A stretch of DNA of 64,000 bases from Hydrogenibacillus sp. (GTDB lineage Bacteria > Bacillota > Bacilli > Thermicanales > DSM-22653). This document shows positions 49,469-57,981 of the stretch, one piece after another. Under the pieces are notes generated by a model. It searched no databases. It was given only the letters and a program-made list of their open reading frames with translations, and was not told where the DNA came from. The DNA is taken from NCBI GenBank assembly GCA_014896255.1, contig JADBKT010000003.1:3660-67659 (forward strand), written 5' to 3'. The position numbers and the translations under genes were made by a program. Numbering within the stretch: the first letter of the stretch is position 1; every line of letters begins with the position of its first letter.

Positions 49469-50869
49469 ATGACCGTGCTTCTCGCTCGCCGTCTTTCGAT
49501 CATCGTCGACGAGACGCTGCCGGAGGCGTCGATCGCGCTTCATCCGCGCCATCGTCAGGCGCTTTCGGCGCGTCACCTACCGCGTGCGATGACGTTCGGC
49601 CTCTTGCCGCCGAAGCCGCTCTCCCGCCTTTTGTTCGACGCCCGCATCGCCCCCGGAAGGCTGGCCGTCTCACCGGAACTCGCCGCGTCTCTCCTCTTAT
49701 GTTCCGAGTTGACGTTCCATGCCTTCGTTCAAAGGGAAACGCTCCGTCTCGGTCCGCTCGTCGCCCTCGCGCTTGATGCCGGTGCACTCGACGTTGAACG
49801 ATCACCGGACGCAGACGGGCGCACGTTCTTCGGGCGCGAGTTGTGCCGTGCACTCCGGCGTTACGGCGGTCAATGCATTGTCGCCGCGCGAGACGCGCTT
49901 TCCCCCGAACGCCCGGACGTCATCGCTTGGGCTTTGAACGGCGAGCGGTGGACTTACGGGCGTTGGCCGGCGCCCGACGTCATCATCCCCCGATTTGCCT
50001 ACCGGCGCGAGGAGCGCGAGGCCGTCCGTTCGGGATGGTACGAGGGCTGGCGGGCGCGCGGAGCGATCATCTTCAACACGCGTTATTTGAGCAAATGGGA
50101 GGTCTTTCAAACGCTCTTGAAGACGCCTCTCGCCGATCATCTGCCGCCGACTGCGCTCCTCGACCCCGTATGTTTGTCCCATGATCTTCCCCGACTTCTG
50201 AAAGCCGAATGCGGGGCGTGGTTCATCAAGCCGGCGTATGGGCGCGAAGGGCGCGGCATATGGCACCTCAAACGCGACGGTGAAGCGTTCATCGTCCGCC
50301 GTCCTAACCCTTCGGGTTCGCCGTTCGTCGAACGCCTCACCCCCGATGCCCTCCGGCACCGAATGCGCGCCCAAGCAGCCCGCCGCCGCCTGATCCTGCA
50401 ACCGGATATCGAATTGGCGCGCATCGGAGACCGCCCGGTCGATTTTCGCGCCGTCGTCGCGCAAACGTCGCCCTCCGCATTCCGCGTCGCCTCGCTCGTC
50501 GGCCGTCTGGGCGAACGAGGCCATTTTCTGACCAATCTGTCTCAGCGCGGGACGCTCGTACCGGCGTATGATGCGCTCACCGTCCTGCAACAGACGGTGA
50601 ACGTACCGCCGATCTCGGCGCTCAAACGGCTCAGCCTGGAAGCCGCCAGAGCGCTCGATGCCGGAAGGAAGCTCCCTGAGCCGTACTTGGAGCTCGGCAT
50701 CGACCTCGGCGTCGATCGACAGGGCCGCCTATGGATCGTCGAAATCAACGGCAAACCGTCCAAACGCCACGGAACCGCCGGTACGGACGACGTCCGGCCG
50801 AGCGTCCGGGCCATGGCCAAAGCGACCGTCACATGGTGGGTGCACCGTATTCGGGACGACCCGGAATAG
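49469..50869 (+). CDS. YheC/YheD family ATP-grasp protein 1 (long form)
   Basis: LSKWEV, FIKPAYGREGRG, VDFR, ELGIDLG, WIVEINGKP. Confidence 0.85.
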   Translation: MTVLLARRLSIIVDETLPEASIALHPRHRQALSARHLPRAMTFGLLPPKPLSRLLFDARIAPGRLAVSPELAASLLLCSELTFHAFVQRETLRLGPLVALALDAGALDVERSPDADGRTFFGRELCRALRRYGGQCIVAARDALSPERPDVIAWALNGERWTYGRWPAPDVIIPRFAYRREEREAVRSGWYEGWRARGAIIFNTRYLSKWEVFQTLLKTPLADHLPPTALLDPVCLSHDLPRLLKAECGAWFIKPAYGREGRGIWHLKRDGEAFIVRRPNPSGSPFVERLTPDALRHRMRAQAARRRLILQPDIELARIGDRPVDFRAVVAQTSPSAFRVASLVGRLGERGHFLTNLSQRGTLVPAYDALTVLQQTVNVPPISALKRLSLEAARALDAGRKLPEPYLELGIDLGVDRQGRLWIVEINGKPSKRHGTAGTDDVRPSVRAMAKATVTWWVHRIRDDPE

Positions 50870-50901
50870 AACACGGCGGAGCGGTCGAAGGAGGAGAGGT
50901 G

Positions 50902-51975
50902 ATGCGCATGGTGCTCTTATTCTGGCCGTGTCCAAAAAGCGCTCGGACACCCACAGAACCGTTTTATACCGCGGCGCTTTCCGCACGCGCCCGCGTGCTT
51001 GGAATCGATTTCAGCGCTCTTCCCCTCCCGCCCGCCGCATCATACGCTGCGGCGCTTTGGCCGAAAAGACGGCCGGACGTCTTCTACGACCGCACCTTCC
51101 CTTGTCCCGGGCCGGGTAGCCGGGCGCTCTCCGCCGCGCGCCGCTCATGGATCAGTCGCCTACGGGCCGCCGGCGACCTCCGGCTGAATGCCGGTTTGCC
51201 CGATAAATGGCGGCAGTTCACCTTGTGGATGCGTGATCCCGAACTGCGCGCGCATCTGCCGGCGCAGACGCTGTTTACCGCACCGGAAGCCCTCTGGCGC
51301 CTGGACCGTCCCGCCGTCGTCCTCAAGCCGCGGGCGGGCGCCTTTGGACGGGGCGTCATCGCCGTCGATCTCCGTCCTCCGTATGCCGTCCTCGGCCGTG
51401 ACGGACACAATCGGCCGTTTGTCCGACGTTTTGAGCATCAAGAGGCGCTCTTGCAGTTCCTCCGCCCGTACCTCGGCCGAGCGATTGTCCAGGAAAAACT
51501 CAGTCTTTCATCGTCGATCGGCACGCCGTTCGACGTTCGCGTTCTCGTCCAGTGGCGCGCCGGAAAAGACGGCGAAGAAGATCAACAGGTCTATGATTAT
51601 GTGCGTTTGGGCGTTCCCGGAGGACTGACCGCCAATCTCAAGGGCGGCGGTACGGCCGTGCGTCTGGAGACGGCGGCGAGACGCCTCCGCCGTCCGGATC
51701 TTCTTGGGATGCGCCAAGCCATCCACCGCCTGGCGCAGCGCGCCGCCGAGGCGCTCGCCGCCGCCTTTCCGCCGCAGATCGAGATGGGCATGGATTTCGG
51801 CGTCGACCGCGACGGCCGCCTGTGGTTGCTCGAAGCCAACGGCAAACCCGGACGGATGGGTCTTCTCGGGGCTCACGGCCGCGAAACGTTTGACGCTTCG
51901 TTGGATGCCCTGCTTTTGACCGCCAGAGCGCGGTGGCATCGCACGATGAGGAGAAAGAAGGCGAATCTTCGATGA
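50902..51975 (+). CDS. YheC/YheD family ATP-grasp protein 2 (short form)
   Basis: GLPDKW, VLKPRAGAFGRG, FDVR, ANLKGGG, EMGMDFG, WLLEANGKPG. Confidence 0.85.
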   Translation: MRMVLLFWPCPKSARTPTEPFYTAALSARARVLGIDFSALPLPPAASYAAALWPKRRPDVFYDRTFPCPGPGSRALSAARRSWISRLRAAGDLRLNAGLPDKWRQFTLWMRDPELRAHLPAQTLFTAPEALWRLDRPAVVLKPRAGAFGRGVIAVDLRPPYAVLGRDGHNRPFVRRFEHQEALLQFLRPYLGRAIVQEKLSLSSSIGTPFDVRVLVQWRAGKDGEEDQQVYDYVRLGVPGGLTANLKGGGTAVRLETAARRLRRPDLLGMRQAIHRLAQRAAEALAAAFPPQIEMGMDFGVDRDGRLWLLEANGKPGRMGLLGAHGRETFDASLDALLLTARARWHRTMRRKKANLR

Positions 51976-53354
51976 ACGGATCGCTCACCATGCATCAACC
52001 GCTTGCGCTGTGGTTCGAGGACGACGAAGAACGATGGATCGCACTTCCTCACGACCTCATGATGCTTCCCGCCGAGAGCGGCGACCGCGCCCTCGTCGCC
52101 TTCGGCCACGCCGGCGCCGCCGCGCGCGTGCGGCGCCTCCAAAGGCGGAAAAACCAGCGGCCGGCGAACGTCATCGCCCTTAGCCGAGGGCTCGCGCACG
52201 CCCTCCAACTTCCGTCGCTCCCATCCCTGCACGTCGCCTACGACCGAGGCACCATCCGTCTCGGACCGTTCATCGGCATCGTCACCTCCGGCGGTGCAGA
52301 ACGGCTGCGCGGGATGCTCATGCCCTTTCGGCGAATCGGGAGAGGCATGGCCTTTGCCGCTTTCGACGCGGAGGGGATCGACTGGCAGTCGCTGACCGTG
52401 TCCGCCCTCGTCGCCCAAGAGGAAGGCGTGCGCCGGATGACCGTTCCGCTCCCGGACGTCCTCTACAACAAAATTCCCTCCCGTCGGGCCGAACGCCGGC
52501 TTGAGACCGGCGGCTTTTTTGACCGCCTCTACGCGCTTTCGAGGGCACCGATCGTCAATGAAACGTACTTTCAAAAGTGGGACGTATACCTCACCCTGCT
52601 CGCTTATCCGGAAGTTCGCCCAGGGCTCCCGGAGACCATCTACGCGCCCGATCCGGTAGACATCGCGCACTTGCTCGCGCGCTATCACCTGGTTTATCTC
52701 AAGCCGGAAGGCGGTTCCAAAGGCCGGGGCATCGTCCGCTTGGAACGGTCGCAGCGCGGTTTGGTCGCCCGCTATTACCGCGGCGTACGACCCGTCGCCA
52801 AGCGCGTGCGTTCGCTCGGCGCTTTTTTGCACCGCCATTTCCCCGGAGAACGCCTCAAGACCTACGTGGCGCAGCAAGGCATTCGCCTCATCGAAGAGGA
52901 CGGTCGACCGGTCGATTTTCGCCTGCATCTTTCCAAAGGATCAACCGACCGATGGGAAACGCTCACCCTGGCCGCCAAAATCGCCGGCACCGCCGGCGTC
53001 ACCACCCACCTCGCCTACGGCGGCACGACGGCAGATGCCAAACGGGTGCTGTCGGCGCACTTCGGCGACCGCGCGCCGGATATCCTCCGGACGATGATCG
53101 ACTACGGCCGCACCGTCGGGGAAAAGCTGGAACACGCCTACGGTCGGCCGCTGATCGAACTCGGATTGGACCTCGGCGTCGATCCGAGCGGGCACGTGTG
53201 GCTGTTTGAAGCGAACGCCAAGCCCGGGCAGGCCGTCTTATGCCGAATCAGCGGCCTCAAAACGACCCGCCTCAAACGGCTCGTCAATGCCATGGCGCGC
53301 TTGGCCGGATTTGAAGTGACGATCCCCCGGACCGTCGAGGAGGGTTGGCCATGA
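51972..53354 (+). CDS. YheC/YheD family ATP-grasp protein 3 (long form)
   Basis: GPFIGI, PDVLYN, FQKWDV, YLKPEGGSKGRG, VDFR, ELGLDLG, WLFEANAKPG. Confidence 0.88.
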   Translation: MNGSLTMHQPLALWFEDDEERWIALPHDLMMLPAESGDRALVAFGHAGAAARVRRLQRRKNQRPANVIALSRGLAHALQLPSLPSLHVAYDRGTIRLGPFIGIVTSGGAERLRGMLMPFRRIGRGMAFAAFDAEGIDWQSLTVSALVAQEEGVRRMTVPLPDVLYNKIPSRRAERRLETGGFFDRLYALSRAPIVNETYFQKWDVYLTLLAYPEVRPGLPETIYAPDPVDIAHLLARYHLVYLKPEGGSKGRGIVRLERSQRGLVARYYRGVRPVAKRVRSLGAFLHRHFPGERLKTYVAQQGIRLIEEDGRPVDFRLHLSKGSTDRWETLTLAAKIAGTAGVTTHLAYGGTTADAKRVLSAHFGDRAPDILRTMIDYGRTVGEKLEHAYGRPLIELGLDLGVDPSGHVWLFEANAKPGQAVLCRISGLKTTRLKRLVNAMARLAGFEVTIPRTVEEGWP

Positions 53355-54508
53355 AACCGGACGCGGTGCTCACGGTCGGACTGTTTACGACCGCCCGGCA
53401 ACTCCAGAACGGGCACGCCTATCGCCCTGGCGGCCGGTTCGTGCGGCTTGCCAAAGCCGGGTTGAAGCACGACGTGTTCTTGTACGCCTTCGTTCCTGAA
53501 TGGATCGACGAGGCGCGGCGCATGATCCGCGCCGTGCCGCTGTTTTTGTCGGATCGAACATCGCCTTCGGCGCGCCGGCCGGTCGTGTTGAGCGCCCTCG
53601 ACGTGGTCTACAATCGGTTGCCGACGCGCGACGATGAAGCGCGCGCGCTGAGGGCCATCCGGACGTTGGAACGTTGGACCGGAGGCGCGCTGTTCAACCC
53701 GCGTTTTTTCGACAAATGGTCGGTCTACATCCTGTTGAAACTCTCCGGCGCAACTGTCTTCATGCCGCATACCGAGCGCTGCATCAGCAAAGGAGATCTC
53801 ATCCGTTGGGCGGAGGGCGCCAAATCCGCGCCGCTTCAGGCCGATGATCCGCCAGGGTTGTTCAGTTTTTATCTCAAGCCGCTCGCAAGCCGACTCGGCG
53901 AGGGAATCTACGCCGTCCGTCGCGAGAAGGACGCCTTGTGGCTGGTCGACGCCGAAGGCCAACGCGCGCGCTTCGCGGATGCTTGGGCGTTGGCCGACGC
54001 CCTTTGGCCGCTGATCCAAAGCCGAGCGTATCTTTTGCAGCGCGCGGTACGTCGATCGACCCTATCCGGGAGAGCCGTCGATCTGCGCGCCCTGGTTCAA
54101 AAAAACGCCCGCGGACGTTTTCGGTTGAGCGGCATCGGCGCCCGCGTCGGCGCCCCCGGCGCGCCGACGACGCACATTGCGCGCGGCGGCACCGTGAGGG
54201 CGCTTCGCTCCGCGCTCGACGCGCTTTTCTTTCCGGCCGAAACCGTGCAGATCATCGAGCGCGCCAAGGCCGCCTCCCTCGCCGTCGCCGAGCGGCTCGA
54301 CGCGCGGGCCGGCGGGCGCCTCGGCGAACTGTCCCTCGACTTTGCGCCGGCGGAGGACGGCGCGCTTTGGCTGCTGGAAGTGAACGCCAAGCCGATGGCC
54401 TTCGACGAAACGCGCATCGAGCGCAGATGGCGGGCGGGGTTTTTCCAAACCGTTCGTTACTTCGCCGCGCGCGCCAAAGCGCATGCCGGACTCCGGGGCG
54501 GGAAATGA
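53351..54508 (+). CDS. YheC/YheD family ATP-grasp protein 4 (short form)
   Basis: DVVYNR, FFDKW, YLKP, VDLR, TTHIARGG, ELSLD, WLLEVNAKP. Confidence 0.88.
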   Translation: MKPDAVLTVGLFTTARQLQNGHAYRPGGRFVRLAKAGLKHDVFLYAFVPEWIDEARRMIRAVPLFLSDRTSPSARRPVVLSALDVVYNRLPTRDDEARALRAIRTLERWTGGALFNPRFFDKWSVYILLKLSGATVFMPHTERCISKGDLIRWAEGAKSAPLQADDPPGLFSFYLKPLASRLGEGIYAVRREKDALWLVDAEGQRARFADAWALADALWPLIQSRAYLLQRAVRRSTLSGRAVDLRALVQKNARGRFRLSGIGARVGAPGAPTTHIARGGTVRALRSALDALFFPAETVQIIERAKAASLAVAERLDARAGGRLGELSLDFAPAEDGALWLLEVNAKPMAFDETRIERRWRAGFFQTVRYFAARAKAHAGLRGGK

Positions 54509-55032
54509 CCATGACGCCCGACGTCCGCATTCGTGCGGTTCAAGCCGCCGAGATCGTCCGTCTGCGCGCGGCCCTTCTCGGCTTCGTCCGCCGACACGGC
54601 GAACGCCGCATCACCGAGAGAGCCATCCGCTGGCTCCAGCACGTCGACGGAGCCAAGCTTCGATCGCCGGGCACCGTCATGTTGCTCGCGCTGGCTTTAC
54701 GGCGCGATCGCGCGCCTGTTCCGGATGCACGGCCGCTCATCGGCCTGTTCGCCGCCGGCGATTACGGCCTTTCGGCCTCCTTTCTCGTCGTGCACCGCCG
54801 CGCGCGCGGGAGCGGAATCGGACGCACCCTGCTTAAGACCGCCCTCCGCCTGCTCGGCCGGTTATACGGCAGAATCGCCCTGGACAACGCGGCGAGCCTT
54901 GCCGTCGCTCAAGCCGCCGGGCTCATCCCCGTCCGGCGCACGTTCACGCCTAAGGGCGCCCCGGCCGTCGTCGTCGCCGGCGGCGATTGGACCGAAGAGG
55001 AGGTTCGCCAATGTGCACGGTCGGTTTTTTGA
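54505..55032 (+). CDS. GNAT family N-acetyltransferase
   Basis: Acetyl-CoA motif A VHRRARGSGIGRTLL and DNAASL. ATGA overlap with the upstream gene. Confidence 0.8.
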   Translation: MTMTPDVRIRAVQAAEIVRLRAALLGFVRRHGERRITERAIRWLQHVDGAKLRSPGTVMLLALALRRDRAPVPDARPLIGLFAAGDYGLSASFLVVHRRARGSGIGRTLLKTALRLLGRLYGRIALDNAASLAVAQAAGLIPVRRTFTPKGAPAVVVAGGDWTEEEVRQCARSVF

Positions 55033-56078
55033 CGTATCGTCGTCCCGGCGGCCGTTATGATTCGCTTGCCTACGCGCGTCGATTGGCCGACGTCGGACGC
55101 CGCCTCGGGATCACCGTCGTCGCCTTTTCCGTCGACGATCTGCTGCCGGAAGGCGGTGCCGTCTCCGCCCTGCGTTTCACGCCGCACGGTGCCCCAAGGC
55201 GGCAGACCCTGCCGCTGCCGGACGTCGTCTACGACTTCGTCCGCCATCATCCGACGGCCGCCTTTCGCCGTTATGCCGAGGCGCGCCGGCAAGCGCTCTG
55301 GCCTTCACCTTCCCGCCTCGGCAGCAACAAGTGGACGCATTACAAGGCCCTTCGGAAGACACCGCTTTCCCGTCACCTGCCGGAGACGGTTTTGTGGGAT
55401 GCGAGCGACGCTCGGAAGACAGAAAAGCTGCTCCGCCGCCTGCTCGCCGGCGGCGACGTCGTCGTCAAGCCGGCCAACGGCACCGGCGGTCGGCGGATAG
55501 CCCTGATCCGCGCCGGAACGCCGCTCTCGGAAGCTCGCGTTTTTTTGTCCCGGCATTACCGGCGCCGAAAGACCCTCTTGCAACGGTATATCCCGCACGC
55601 CGTCGGCGACTTTGTCTACGATATCCGGCTTTTGGTCCAAAAAAACGCCGCCGGCGCATGGGCGCCGACGGGCATCGGCGTGCGACGAAACGCCCGCCAT
55701 GCCCTGGTCACCAACCTCGCCCGCGGCGGGCGCGCCGTCCGCTTGCACGAATATTTGATCAACGCGCGCGGTTTCTCGACGTCCGAGGCGGAAAACATCG
55801 AGGCCGAACTTTTGACGTTCGGCCTCCAGGTCGCCGCCCATCTCGATCGTTCGCTCGAGTCTTCGCTCGTCGAACTCGGCTTGGACCTCGTCCTCGACCC
55901 CGAGGGCACGCCGTATCTCCTTGAAGCGAACACGAAGCCGGACCGCAAGACCTTCCTTCGGCTGGGCGATCGCGCCGCCTACGGGCTTGCTCACGCGAGA
56001 CCGCTCCTTTATCTTTGCGCCTGGGCGGAGAACAACGCATCGACCCGATGGGCGTACAAAAAGCCGTCCTTCCAATAA
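55011..56078 (+). CDS. YheC/YheD family ATP-grasp protein 5 (short form)
   Basis: AGGAGG RBS, PDVVYD, NKW, VVKPANGTGG, YDIR, VTNLARGG, ELGLDL, YLLEANTKP. Confidence 0.88.
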   Translation: MCTVGFLTYRRPGGRYDSLAYARRLADVGRRLGITVVAFSVDDLLPEGGAVSALRFTPHGAPRRQTLPLPDVVYDFVRHHPTAAFRRYAEARRQALWPSPSRLGSNKWTHYKALRKTPLSRHLPETVLWDASDARKTEKLLRRLLAGGDVVVKPANGTGGRRIALIRAGTPLSEARVFLSRHYRRRKTLLQRYIPHAVGDFVYDIRLLVQKNAAGAWAPTGIGVRRNARHALVTNLARGGRAVRLHEYLINARGFSTSEAENIEAELLTFGLQVAAHLDRSLESSLVELGLDLVLDPEGTPYLLEANTKPDRKTFLRLGDRAAYGLAHARPLLYLCAWAENNASTRWAYKKPSFQ

Positions 56079-56515
56079 CCGCTGCTCAGCGAACTGATCT
56101 GCACGCCGCGTCCGCCGGCCGGCGAGGCATGAATAAAGTTGCCCCCGCCGATGTATATCCCGACGTGATTCATCTTTCGATCTTTGCGGGTCGTAAAAAA
56201 GACGAGATCGCCGATGAGCAGATTTTGCTTCGGGATCCACCGCGTTGCCGCCGATTGCTTCGCCGTCGACCGCGGCAGCGCGATGCCGACGTCGGCAAAC
56301 GCCCGCTGCACAAAGGCGCTGCAGTCGAAAGCACCGCTTCCGTCGAGGTCATATGTCGCGCCAAAGCGATATGGCACGCCGAGATACTGTTTGGCCTGTT
56401 CCACGAGCGTCAAACGGAGCGAAGAGGTCGCCTGCGCCGCGCCCGCGGACGCACCGCCCCAAAGCCAAAATCCGACCCAGACCGCCCAAAGACCGACGAC
56501 CAAGCGGCGCCCCAT
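56009..56515 (-). CDS. Secreted NlpC/P60 (C40) peptidoglycan endopeptidase
   Basis: Signal peptide, YLGVPYRFG, FDCSAF, HVGIYIG, FIHAS. Confidence 0.9.
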   Translation of the reverse strand: MGRRLVVGLWAVWVGFWLWGGASAGAAQATSSLRLTLVEQAKQYLGVPYRFGATYDLDGSGAFDCSAFVQRAFADVGIALPRSTAKQSAATRWIPKQNLLIGDLVFFTTRKDRKMNHVGIYIGGGNFIHASPAGGRGVQISSLSSGYWKDGFLYAHRVDALFSAQAQR

Positions 56516-56580
56516 TGGACATCCCTCCCGAGGTCCAGGGTACCATACCGCCCGCACCGTGGATCTGGTAATTCCTGTGT

Positions 56581-56609
56581 TTGACAGATTGGACGCGTTA
56601 TGTAATAAT
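56581..56609 (+). promoter_or_regulatory. sigmaA promoter of the T-box-proC unit
   Basis: TTGACA, 17 nt spacer ending TG-T, AATAAT. Confidence 0.7.
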
Positions 56610-56647
56610 GGGCAGAAACATCACGAGATGAACAATTGAAGGACAAA

Positions 56648-57026
56648 GGCGATGAACAGGACCGGCCGCGCCGCCCTTCGCGTCCAGAGAGCAAAGCCCC
56701 GGCTGGAAGCTTTGCCGCGAACGGCGCTGGCCTCCCACCTGCGAGCAGCGCACCAACTCGGAGAGCGACGGGCTGATCCGCCGTCCGGATGCGATCCCGC
56801 CCGATCCGATGAAGCGCGCCGGGACGCGCCACCCCGATATCACGCGCAGAGGACCGTACGCCGGGCGCCGGATTGTGCCCGTTGTCGACGTCCAATGATG
56901 GCGACGTGGGCGACGACGCCTGCCGACGACGGTGCGGCAAGAGGCATAAGCGGCGATGGACGACGGTAAAAAAAGGTGGTACCGCGGATGCACCCTTCCG
57001 CCCTTTTGGGGTCGGAAGGGTTTTTT
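56648..57026 (+). ncRNA. T-box riboswitch leader, proline specifier (CCC)
   Basis: GA motif GCGATGAAC, AG box CAGAGAG, GGCTGGAA loop, stem I pairings, specifier CCC-A at 56734-37, T-box AAGG-TGGTACC-GCG (56977-83), and terminator CCCTTCCG/CGGAAGGG plus TTTTTT. Confidence 0.88.
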
Positions 57027-57074
57027 GCTTTTTTGGAAGATCTGACTTTGAGGTTTGCAGGAGGGCGAACGAAG

Positions 57075-57947
57075 ATGACCGAGACCGGACGGCTCACGGC
57101 GCTCAACCTCATCGGCGCCGGGGCCTTAAGCGAAGCGTTGATCATGGGCATTTTGGAAGCCGACGTTCTGCCGCCGGAAGCCATCTATGTCACCAATCGT
57201 TCCGACGATGAACGGTTGCTCGACTTAAGCCGCCGCTTCGGCGTACAAGCGGTCCGCGACGCTTCGCGCTTCCCGTCGGCCTTGACCGTCCTCGCCGTGA
57301 AACCCAAGGACGTTTCCGAGGCGCTTTATCACCACCGCCCGCTCATCGTCCGCGCCCCCCTCCTTTTGTCCGCCGTCGCCGGAGTTCCCATGCGCGCCTT
57401 GCGTTCCGCCCTCGGCGTCAAGCCCCCTCTCGCCCGGGCCATGACCAACACCTCGGCCGTCGTCCGCGCCGCGGTCACCGTCGTGGCGTATGAAGACGGC
57501 GTGCCCGAAAACCTCCGCGCGCAGGTGGAGGCGCTCTTTTCCGCCGTCGGCAGCGTGGAGAGAATACCGGAAGAGGCGATGGACCTCGTCACGGCGCTCT
57601 CCGGAAGCGGCCCGGCATACGTCTATTACCTGTTGGAAGCGCTGACCGCGGCCGCCGCGGCGCTGGGCATGTCTTACGACCTCGCCGCCCGTTTGGCCCG
57701 GCAGACGGTCATCGGCGCCGGATGCATGCTCGCCGCCCGACCGGAAACGCCCGAGTCCCTGCGGCTTAAGATCATGTCCCCGGGCGGGACGACCGAAGCG
57801 GCCCTCGCCGCCCTGGACGCCGGAGATTTCCGCGCTCTCGTGGCGAGAGCCGTAGAGGCCGCCGAACGGCGTTCCAAGGCGCTGGCCGAGCAGTTCGACG
57901 CATCGCTTAAGCATGCCGCGCACGGAAAAAATGCTTCGAACCCCTAA
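57075..57947 (+). CDS. proC: Pyrroline-5-carboxylate reductase (ProC/ProI)
   Basis: IGAGALS, LAVKP, MTNTS, TALSGSGPAY, SPGGTT. Confidence 0.93.
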   Translation: MTETGRLTALNLIGAGALSEALIMGILEADVLPPEAIYVTNRSDDERLLDLSRRFGVQAVRDASRFPSALTVLAVKPKDVSEALYHHRPLIVRAPLLLSAVAGVPMRALRSALGVKPPLARAMTNTSAVVRAAVTVVAYEDGVPENLRAQVEALFSAVGSVERIPEEAMDLVTALSGSGPAYVYYLLEALTAAAAALGMSYDLAARLARQTVIGAGCMLAARPETPESLRLKIMSPGGTTEAALAALDAGDFRALVARAVEAAERRSKALAEQFDASLKHAAHGKNASNP

Positions 57948-57981
57948 AACCCCTAAAATGGAAGGCAAAGGAGGCGGAAAC

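Noticed and set aside
56516-56640. Possible c-di-AMP (ydaO) riboswitch upstream of NlpC/P60
   Set aside because: No ydaO consensus elements were seen. The structured RNA here is the plus-strand T-box for proC.
56652-56969. 105 aa ORF inside the T-box leader
   Set aside because: It overlaps conserved riboswitch structure, has low-complexity Arg/Ala content, and T-box control needs no leader peptide.
57939-57958. 9 bp tandem repeat AACCCCTAA x2 at the proC stop
   Set aside because: Too short and present only twice, with no functional context.
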